From Rhizodiscina lignyota (lineage: Eukaryota), in the NCBI GenBank assembly GCA_010015805.1, contig ML978143.1:239275-259274 (forward strand): a stretch of DNA of 20,000 nt, given 5' to 3'. The notes beneath the pieces are model-generated. The model made no database searches. It had not been told where the DNA came from and saw nothing but the letters and a program-made list of their open reading frames with translations. Position numbers and translations under genes: made by a program. Position 1 is the stretch's first letter. Each line of letters starts with the position of its first letter. This document shows positions 1 to 9,526 of this stretch, in pieces.

Positions 1-352
1 CTCTCCAATCGCGTCTGCACGAGGTGCACTTGGTGAGAGAGCCTCCATCGCCGCGTTGCTGTCAAGGTCGAGAGTCTTCGTCGCGGTGGAAGGTGGGGTG
101 GCAGTCTTTTCCGGACTCAATGAACGCGCGCGCTCTGGACGTACACTAGTCAGCACTATATGGACGCGGTTGAAAACAACGCGTCCGGGTCTTACCAGCT
201 CTCCGTGCAGCGCGTTCACTTCGGCCTTTCTCGATGTCGGCCTCAATGGACGAGAGCCTCAGCGCATCCTCCTGCTCATGCTTCTCGCTCAATTCCCGGA
301 TGCGCTTCACGAAGGCCGACGGGTCCAAGTCGTCTTGCGGACTGGCCGACAT
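1..352 (-). CDS. 5' part of a DUF4045-like fungal protein (family often carrying C-terminal gelsolin repeats); runs off the left edge. Exons 352-196 and 134-<1
   Basis: ATG at 352. Intron 195-135 (GTAAGA...GCTGAC...CAG, 61 nt) restores the frame: MSASPQDDLDPSAFVKRIRELSEKHEQEDALRLSSIEADIEKGRSERAARRA-ERARSLSPEKTATPP... The 'F..I..L....D..R...IE..I...R.ER.ARRAERARS.SP.K' pattern matches my recollection of DUF4045-protein N-termini. Family call is from memory. Confidence 0.7.
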
Positions 353-959
353 GTCAAAACAAAACTTGGAATCTCACGCGCAGCGGACTCCTGGGCACAG
401 CATGTGTGGATTGGGATTTGCAGGTGTGGTGTGAAGGGTGCAGTCGAGCGCCCTGGAAAAGCGGGATCCCCTGTTGCTCAAAAGCTTGACATGGTGCAGG
501 CGCTGGGGCATTCCTACACCTATTTTGGGACGCTCAACACAACCAATATTTAGATTTCACGAATTACTTGGTGGTCGTGTCTAATCTGTTCTATCCTATT
601 GCTCGTCTAAGCCTCGGGTTCTACTATTTTTCCTATCCATGTCGGTGTCGAACGACGCGCTTTGTCTATCCGCTCGCGTGTCTTCCACGAGTGCTCGACC
701 GGAATGAGTGTCAGTGTGAGACTAAGCCGCTTTGGGCGTGAGAACTTGTGACGCGTGTTTGAGAAGCCACAGTCCGATTCCCGAAGGTGTTTCGGCGGTC
801 GATCAAGCACAGACGCCTTGCGGCATCGAGCTCGAGGAGAGGGACTGCCGGACTGCTTGAAATCGTCGTGCAGAATTATGTACCTGCATGAGCAACGATG
901 GACTGAAGAAAAGCTGGTACCGACGCGTCTCAAGCGCGTTTATATATGGAGAGGGCGCA

Positions 960-1827
960 TTAGAACAGAAACAAACGGTTCTTTGCGTCCTCAACAACCC
1001 ACGCTAGGCCTTCCTGCAGATTGAGTCCCGTCATAGCCGAACAGGACATGATCTTCCAAAGATGTGTCTTGATGTTGTCCAATTGCAGTGCCTCAGGCAG
1101 ACGTTAGATCTGCACTGCTCGCGGACATTGAGAGTGCTGTGGCTCAGCTCACCTTGCGGACTTCGTCCTCGCTCATCGCCCCTGAGACGTCGCTTTTGTT
1201 TTTGAACACCAGCAGACTAGCCCCCGAAAGCCTCTATGCACCTGTCAGCATTTAATATGTAGATTCGGAACAGCGATGATTGTTGTACTTCTTCCAATAA
1301 AAGTGAGCCGAGCTCTTGGCGGCAGTCGTCCATCCGTTCTCTGTCCGTGGAGTCGACCACCCATATCAACTGTGGAAGTGAGCAAATGCGTCTACAACGA
1401 GTGGCTAGATTCGTACTGTGTCAGTACGCTCAAAGTAATTCTTCCAATATGTGCGTAACGTCTTCTGGCCCCCGACATCCCCTGACAAGAGAGAATTAGG
1501 CATTGATAAAGTTTAGTGCAATCGGGCATAGTACAGATATTCAGCTTATACCTGAGGCCATCAGTATCAGTGGCGCAAGAAGACAGTGTATTCGGCCTTA
1601 CCCTTCATAATCAATTGTCTTGATGATGAAGCCGAGGGTAGGACTGACGGTGTGGACGTCTTCGCCCATAATGCGCTTCACGATCGTCGTCTTTCCAGCA
1701 TTATCAAGGCCTCTTTAACCGCTGCATAAGTATGAAGAGCGTTAAAATTCGTGCAGGGTGTTACTCACAGCATCAAAATCCTCATCTCCTTGTCCTTCAG
1801 TCTCGCTTTGCGCAGGATCGACAGCAT
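960..1827 (-). CDS. ARL2: ADP-ribosylation factor-like GTPase 2 (Arl2/Cin4/Alp41), 181 aa, 7 exons: 1827-1769, 1712-1602, 1551-1535, 1481-1417, 1369-1289, 1233-1153, 1091-960
   Basis: Not in the ORF track. Spliced translation: [182 protein letters not shown]1 GLDNAGKT, G3 WDVGGQ, G4 NKSD and G5 CSA are present, plus the Arl2-typical SPTLGF. Exons total 546 nt. Confidence 0.95.
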
Positions 1828-2019
1828 GTCGGCGTTGGGTGAAGGAGAGAGCGTGCCTTCACTGCCTTCTGGATGCGGAAAACCCTTGGCGCATGAGATG
1901 CTACGCAAGCGAGCAGTCACCACCCTCCCACAATAAGCTGCCACTCCTCAATAGAACAATAGTAGCATGCGACAATAGCAATTTCTGACTGGCCATCCGA
2001 ATTTGGTTGCAGCTCTCCG

Positions 2020-2170
2020 CGTTGCTCTCTTTTACTTCTACAATACACCTCCTTTCTTCCTTCTTCCCAGAAGTACACCCTCTCACTTACCTCTACCTCT
2101 CCACCCTGTGCTCTTTCATCAACCCTCCAAGTACCCTTCACAACCCTCTCCACCCTTCACATCCAACTCC
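2020..2170 (+). promoter_or_regulatory. Pyrimidine (CT)-rich tract in the divergent ARL2/GNAT intergenic region; probable TSS or 5' leader region of the GNAT gene
   Basis: Strongly C/T-biased plus strand (e.g. cctcctttcttccttcttccc, ctctcacttacctctacctctcc), typical of fungal CT boxes near transcription starts. Confidence 0.45.
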
Positions 2171-2243
2171 TGGCCATTCAGGCCCTCAGAGGTTGAAAGT
2201 GCGATGCTAATTGCGTTCATCACACGGGCGCCGTCTTGACGAC

Positions 2244-2304
2244 GTGAGTCTACTTGGTGATCACACTCTTATTCTCATCCATCTCATGTTAACCAATGGA
2301 GCAG
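2244..2304 (+). other. Probable 5'-UTR intron of the GNAT gene
   Basis: GTGAGT at 2244, branch-like GTTAAC at 2288-2293, CAG ending at 2304. Length 61 nt, matching the other introns in the window. Confidence 0.5.
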
Positions 2305-2514
2305 TCAGCCTCATCAACACCGACTTCTCTGGTCAGCCTGTGATCGCGTCCAGCTTTGCTTCGCCAAGCAGCATTCGACTCATCACTTGACTTTCTTCGC
2401 TTAAGAATAGCTGCAACTTCACGGCTTCTCGATCACTTCAATTCCGGCGCGACAGGATCGCACCGCGTACACCCAAGGCTTTGCAGTCACATCTCAAAAA
2501 GTGGACACGTCGAC

Positions 2515-4674
2515 ATGGCCAGCGCAGCTGCAGGACCTTCGACGCCGGCCTTCGTGCCTCCTCATCTCCGCACAAGATACGCTAGGAACTCTCAGAATAG
2601 CAGCAATAACAACAGTACAGCTGCCAACGGTGATCCACCTGCCGAAAAAGACGCCACCTCAGACCTAACGACGAATGGGACAGCGACGAACGGTTCCCAC
2701 CAGGCCAACGGAACTTCACAAAATCTGAATCCTTCCAAATGGGCTAATAACACCAACAATAACGGCCGGGTGAATGAGGGCAGTCATAAGCACAGAAGCT
2801 CGAGACGGATTCAAAACAATGCTGCTCCTGCCAAAGTGCAACGCGCAGACTCGCCTCAAGAGATGCCACAACAACAGCCTGTGCAAGTCGAGAACACCTC
2901 GGAACATGTTGCGCCGCAAGGCAAATCTCAAGAGCCTTCCGCTCAAAAACCCACACAAGTCGAGACCAACGGACGACAGACCGCTCCTCAGGACAAGGTT
3001 CCAAGTCAAGACGGCGAGGCCAAAATGGCGATGGCTAAGGTTACTGCCGGCACCACGAGTGCTCCTCAAGACAAAAACCCAACTCAGAAATGTGAGGTCA
3101 AGCTGGTGACAGCAAAGATCACTGCCGCTTCAACAACAGAGTGGCCTAGGACTGCAGAGACGGCTCACACAAACGCCTGGTATCAGAAGCAGGCACTCCA
3201 TCAGCAACCTAAAAAATTGACCATGCGCGAGGCGATGAAAAAGAGCAAGTCGCCATCTGGCACTCCACAGCTTCGCAACGCTTCACCTGATAGCAACGCT
3301 TGGGCGTCCCCGGACACAGAAGGCAACACAAGACCGCTTGCGGACCATGAAGACCCATACCAAGCTGTCCGTCACATGGTGGACTGGGAGGGCAACCTTC
3401 TCCCACCACCGGTCGAGTGGGTCGAGAGGAGCACATTCCATGATCCGCGATTCTACGAAACCATCAACAGGTGGGTCTTGAAAGTTAGCAATGCCGGCCA
3501 ACATCTGATTAAGGTTGACACGGAGCCGACCTTCCAGTAAGTGATTCCTGTGAGATTTCCTGAAGCACACTTGCTAACATGAGATATCAACACAGCGATG
3601 AGACTAACGGCGAGCTTGCTCCCCGCTCATGGGTACCAACTACCATCGATTTAAGGTCTGCGCAAGAACACTGGGCCCATACCTACAAGATTTTCTTAGA
3701 GGATGAGGACCCGTCAGCCAGACCCTTCTGGCATCTGTACCAGACTAATCGATCGAACTGTCTCAACCCTCTGATAGTTCCCGATGCCCGTGTTGACCCC
3801 ACCGACGAGGGCTTCAAGGCCTACAACAAGGACAACGGCAGCCATGCCAAGTCGATCCTCTACCAGCAAAAGTTGGCAAAGAAGCGCAATGGCTTGGCCA
3901 AATTCCGTGAGGAAGAACGCCGTTTCAAGGCGCGGCCTAACCCCATCGCGCCTCCACCCAACCGTCTTCGTCCCAAGGTCAACATGTTCGTTCGACCAGC
4001 TGAAGCGCGTGACCTCGACCAGATCACCGCCATCTACAACTGGTACGTCAACAATTCGGTACTTGTCCCAGAGCAAGAGGACATCTCGTCAAGCACCATG
4101 CGCAGCCGCCTCCGCACCATGGCAGACGCCCGCCTCCCCTTCCTCGTCGCCGTTGCCAAAGCGTCGAACTACAACGCGCGCAGTCCCGACGAGACAATCA
4201 TCGGCTTCGGCCACGCCGACGAAATGGGCGATATGAAGAACATGTGGTGGTTTACAGTCGACATGGAGATCTACGTGCACCACGACTTCCTGACCAAGGG
4301 TGTGGGCAAGAACCTTCTCGGCCGCCTGCTCTTCTGTCTCGACCCAAACTTCCAAGTCGATGGAGGCTGCGACTGGGATGGTGGTGAAGACTGGATGTAC
4401 GGCAACAGGAGGCTGGTTGGTAACGTGCTGTGCCACGTGCCGTATGCTACGACGGATGTGGCGCGTGCGGCGTGGGTTGGAGGTCTGCTGGAGCGATCCC
4501 ACTTCGAGAAGTGCGGTGAGATGAAGGACATCGGTGTCAAGCTTGGGGTTAAGTAAGTGGATAATCATGATTTTGGTATTAACAATATGCTGACTATAGT
4601 TTTGTAGTGTCAGCCAGGCGATCTACAAGCTCAAGACTGCGCACCGGATCGATCCGAAGAATCCTTTCGCTTGA
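2515..4674 (+). CDS. GNAT-family N-acetyltransferase (Pat/YncA-like C-terminal domain) with a long low-complexity N-terminal region, ~681 aa. Exons 2515-3536, 3596-4552, 4608-4674
   Basis: ATG at 2515 (MASAAAGPSTPAFVPPHLR). Introns 3537-3595 (GTAAGT..GCTAAC..CAG) and 4553-4607 (GTAAGT..GCTGAC..TAG) join the two tracked ORFs and add NVSQAIYKLKTAHRIDPKNPFA*. GNAT motifs: VRPAEARDLDQITAIYNWYV, IYVHHDFLTKGVGKNLL (motif A), FEKCGEMKDIGVKLG. Confidence 0.85.
2875..3138 (+). repeat. Degenerate intragenic tandem repeats (APQxK units at 2911, 2983, 3061; 72-78 nt period)
   Basis: QPVQVENTSEHVAPQGK aligns with KPTQVETNGRQTAPQDK. APQDKVPSQDGEAKMAMAKVTAGTTS aligns with APQDKNPTQKCEVKLVTAKITAASTT. Confidence 0.65.
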
Positions 4675-6045
4675 AGTACACATGAATGGCACGAGACCCC
4701 TGACTTGCGCTGGAGGGTGGTTTGGTCGATACTTTTCTTTCTTCTGACGATTTTCTGAACTTGCGAGTTGGCTTCTCATGGCGTGGGGGTCGTAATGGCT
4801 GCAAGACAGTGGTTTGGTTCACAACAAGCATCATGGCGAAGGATAATCGATGTGGCATATCTCCAAAACCCAGTAAATGCCTGAGACCGCGGTGCGGTAA
4901 ATTGCATAAAATGGACTTGTTTTCTCTTCTCTACGGAGTACTCTATGCTCTTTGCTCTCTTGGCTCTGCACATACAATGCGGGCTATGGCCATACTCTGC
5001 GCTTAGCGCAAACCATCAATTCAATAGGCGTTAGTACACTCCTCTCGGATTCCACTATTATAGTGATGGCTTACCTCGACAGTGACAGATATTCCATGCT
5101 ACACAGATGCAGGGAAATATTATAACTTACAGTCTCTTCTGATATGATATACGATATTTATTGAAGCTGTGTAAACTTGATCAATAAGGCCACATCTATT
5201 TCAAACCAAGCATTTATTGATACTCATTGAATTGAAGGAAAAAATTCTGTGAAGTCGGCAATATAGTTGTGAAAACCCATACGCTAACCACGTAAGTTAG
5301 GCAATTAAAAAAATATCAATGTCTGACCTTCTTCAGACATTAGAATCTGTATTTATACTATTAACTCTCTGGTCGGTTCCTGGTCAATCAAAGAACCGTT
5401 GCATTACCAGCTGCAGGTAGTATGCTGTGGGGTGTGGCGAGAGGTCACCTTTTAGCCCCCGCCGTGTTGATTCTCTTCTCTATCAAAAGCACACTAAACC
5501 GAACGTTTAGAGACGCTTCCTCCTCCGTTGAAGAGCAGAAGCTGGCAATGTTACATCATCTTGACCTCCACGGAGCCAACCTGTGTCATTCATCTGAAGT
5601 CAATTAAAGTGAGCATTCGGGCATGCTATCTCTTGTATGGAAGAGCAGACCTCCTTTTTACTATACACCTTCGACGTATGCTGAGTGAGGGTTCTTTATC
5701 CACCGAAGGGATACTACGTTGAGCCTCCGAGACGCTCACCCTTTTGTTGAACAGCAAAGGTCGTTAATGCCACGTTCTTTCGACACTCAATGAAGAAAGC
5801 TATTTCAGCTGTCCAAAGCATATTAATTCCAAAGCACATTAAATTGAGCTTTCGGACATGATTTGATTTGTATCGGAGAGCAAGATTGATTTATGCTACA
5901 AGCTTTCAACCTTAGCGGAGCTGAGCAACTTCATCACTCTCCATCCTTACCCAAGCAGACACTGTTCTTTCAACGCCAGAACCAATGCACTCTTTCTTCT
6001 CTCACTACCAACACCTTCCCTTCGCTTTTATTGATTCGTTGATGA

Positions 6046-9032
6046 TCACTCCGCCCAAAGCGGAGCCACACACTCCACTGCCCTCTCCACCACCGCCCTA
6101 ACCCGATCCCTCAAAACCCCACTCGCACACTCAACGCTCAGATCTTCCAGCCACACCTTGGCAACCTGCTTATCCACCTTGATCTCTACTCCGGGGACGG
6201 GAATGCCCATGGCATGCAGGCGTGCCATTTCCTTCTTTTCCCACTCCATGTCCACATCTGTGGTTTCAGTGGACTCGGCTTCGGGTGTTGGGGGAGAAGC
6301 GGGAGGACGCGGGGCGGTGATGGGGGTGATGGAGGGACCAAATTGTGCTTCAAGGAAGAGGCAAAGGCGGTCGAAGCGGGCTTTCGGGTCGGACTTGGCG
6401 TGTGGGTTTGGGCGGGAGGTGGTGTGAGCGTGGGTGTGAGCGTGAGCTTGGGAGGACTCTGATAAGATTATTAGCATAAAGCGCATCAAAAAAGAAAAAG
6501 GAAATGAAATGGCCAAGTAAAGGGAATAGGGGAATGAAAGCACATACGTCTCACAGCAGCGGGACTGCTCTCCACCGTAAACAGCACCGCGAGGACCGCA
6601 TCCGCGATGCCATCGTTGATCATATTGCCTTCCCACTCAACCTCTACTTCACCTTTTGCACCGCACTTGACGATAACGCAGTCCATGACCTGGAAGGCGG
6701 CGATGGCGTCGTCTCGGCCGATTTCCTCATCGGGTTGGTCTTCGCCCTTGACGCCGTTTACGTGGCCTGCCTTGCCGTTCACGCCATTCTTGCCAGGCTG
6801 GAGATCCTTGAGACTGCCGAACGTGCCCTCTAACGCCCAACGGATGAGATCCACACCAGCTGTGCTGAGTCTCAGGCGTTGACGACACGTGATCGTAGTG
6901 GTCGTGAGACCGGCGTACTCGCGCAGGTCCTCAGGTGCCATGAGGCTCATCTTGAAATCGTTCTGGACAAGCACGCCAGTGATGAGTTGGTTGTCGGTTG
7001 TAAGCGTGGTCTCCTCGGTTTCAGATTTGGTGCGAACGGCAAGGGAAGGTGGAGGAATCTGCGCGAGCTTGCCAACGACCTTGGCAACCTTGTCCTGCTT
7101 GAAGGGGATGCGAAGTTCTTCGGTGTTGGCGGGGGAGAAGACTTTCATAGGCCGGGCGCGGTCGGCGTTCAGGGAGAGGAGCTTGGACTTGAAACGCGTC
7201 ATTAGGTGTTTCTCGCCGTGGACCAGGATCTGCAGAACCGTCAATGTTTTTGATATCTCCCTCTGGGATATGAGACTTGAGGGTAATAGCGGGACTTACA
7301 ACGACCTGGGGATTGACCTCTTCAACGAATTCACGGTTCTCTTGGCCATCGACGTGAGCAGCAAATGCAAACTCTTGCACGCTACATCTCCTTGGAATCT
7401 GTACTTGATCTGGCTCCTTCCCCAGCGGTCCTCTGCCTCTTGCTCCGCCGGCTGTACTTCGAGTCATGACGGCATTGATGAATTCTGGCTCATTCACAAT
7501 GAGCTTGGCCATTGTCCCTTCGACTGAGTAGCCGGTAATTATGACTCCGTTTCTCTCGTCTGGTGCCCATCTTTCGAGCAGCTCTCGGGAAACGCCGTTC
7601 TGCAGCATACCTGGCGAAGCAAGCATGACGCAGCTCCCAACATCATCGAATCTCTCCAAGTTCTTCAGACTTCTGATATAACGAAAGTCCCAAGGTCCGG
7701 CTTTTGTGATATCTCCTGCCGCTTCAGCTTCTGCCATGCGCTCCCGGAATAGCCTTTTTATATTGGCATTCATCGCAGAGATGTATGTCTGATACACCAC
7801 CATACATTTTCGCGCCAGACTACTCGCGTAGTATATGGGAATTTTCTGGTACTCGGGGTGTTTGCCCCAGTACTCGTCGAGAATAAGCAACAGCTCCTGC
7901 GCTCGTCCCAATGCAAAAACTGGAAGCAGAGCACGACCACCACGGTTGAGAATAGACGTGATTGATTTCATCAAAGCGGCCTCCTTCTCCAATCTCGGTA
8001 CATGGCTGGCTGTGCCGTACGTAGACTCCGTGATCAGGACGTCCACTTTCGTGTTCTTCGGCGCCTCCGCTGTGATAAGATGCCTGTCCTCTTCTCTTGA
8101 GTAGTCTCCTGTGAACAATATCTTCAAGCCCGCAATCTCTATGAGGAACATTGCTGCGCCGAGGACGTGGCCAGCAGGGTATGGTGTGATTCGGATTGAA
8201 GATATGGTATGTGTAGTGTAGTAGTCGATCGCTTCGATTTGAGGGAAAGTGGAAAGGTGATCTGCTTCGTTGTAGAGCTGTATCCGCTGTTCTGATGATG
8301 ACGACATGTTGCCGACACGGACAGAATCTTGGATAAGCCATTTGTAGATGGCCTTTGTGGGGTGGGTCATAAAGACTCGGCCCTTGAAGTTGGTTTTGGC
8401 GAGGACGTAGGGAAGAGATGCCGCGTGGTCGATGTGAAAACTGGTGTCGACTAATCAGTAGATTCATCCTATCGAGATGTAGACAGATACGTCTGTATAC
8501 GCAGGCAGGAGCACGGAGAAGGGAAGAGGACGGTTGGAGAACGAATTATATTTGTTTCTCAGTACAGGATGGTCAAACAACCATGGCGACAGAAGGCATG
8601 TTACAAGGATCCTCAGTCTGCTGCGTGGGCATTCTGTGAGGCGGGAAGAGATTGCTGTCCATCCCGCGATACCAAGTGTGTCCATGCCATGCCATGCGAG
8701 ATATGCAGCTTCGAGGAAAGCACACTTACTGGCTTACGAGTAACACGTCGACGGTGCTAAGATCGAACTCATCGTAGAAGGGCATGGCAGCGAAACCATC
8801 GTAAGCTGGATGCATTCCAGCGTCGAGCTATGGGGAGAGTCAGAGTCTAGTCCGCCAAAAACTCATTTGCTAAAGGACATACCATTACTGTCTTCCCCTT
8901 GTACTGAATGATGTGACACGACCTTCCAACTTCATTTCCGCCTCCCAAGCAGAGGAACATGAGCTCATCGCTTGGATCTACGACTTCCTCCTCTGGTTTC
9001 GCCATATCGGCGAGCTTCCGCTTGGCCGCCAT
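6046..9032 (-). CDS. YSH1: mRNA 3'-end processing endoribonuclease Ysh1/CPSF73 (metallo-beta-lactamase + beta-CASP), 827 aa. Exons 9032-8883, 8827-8730, 8440-7300, 7229-6548, 6458-6046
   Basis: Motifs [25 protein letters not shown] (HxHxDH split by intron 2), [35 protein letters not shown] and ILVHGE. Four GT-AG introns (55, 289, 70, 89 nt). Exons total 2484 nt, in frame. Confidence 0.96.
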
Positions 9033-9526
9033 CGCGTCGTGAATCCACTGAAGACAGCGCTATGACAGTTGGTCATGAGAGAAGGTCTGGTGACAGCATC
9101 AGCGCAGCAAATGAGTCGCGGTAGATGCTTTGTCGAGCGCGGAACTTAGAAGGCGTGATGCTGGGGAAAGGTGAAGTTGCGCGCTAATGCGGAAGATTGA
9201 ATGGCTCCGGAAGCGGCTCTGCCGAGGTTTTGCCGCACAATAGCTCCATTCTCGCGACATCGCGACTCTCACTTTCTCCAACCCCAACTCCATCTCAACC
9301 CACGCAACACAGCACCGCCTCACCACACAGCTCAACGTCAACCGACTATATACACTCCACCTTCCAGCCTCTCGGGGCAGCAGCCACACTTCCCCGACGC
9401 TCCAGAGCATGATAACAACGTCATAGCGTGTGAATCACAGACCGAACGCCGGCAGCCCTTGCCGCGCCTTCTGTTCTGTGCTTCCCACCACATCTCACAT
9501 CTGCTCCGTCACATTTAATCACGAGC

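Noticed and set aside
56..1024. Tracked ORFs 56-553, 160-489, 607-933, 755-1024 and similar
   Set aside because: Antisense to the DUF4045-like gene or within UTR/intergenic DNA, with no recognisable protein features.
2356..2514. N-terminal extension of the GNAT ORF from 2356
   Set aside because: It begins at TTG; the first in-frame ATG with good context is at 2515. A non-AUG extension is not supported by anything visible.
6415..6450. GTGTGAGCGTGG-type short repeat
   Set aside because: Encodes a low-complexity AHAHTHAHT stretch in the Ysh1 C-terminal region; not a separate element.
8464..8685. 73-aa minus-strand ORF inside YSH1 intron 2
   Set aside because: Including it would break the HxHxDH motif, and there is no evidence it is coding.
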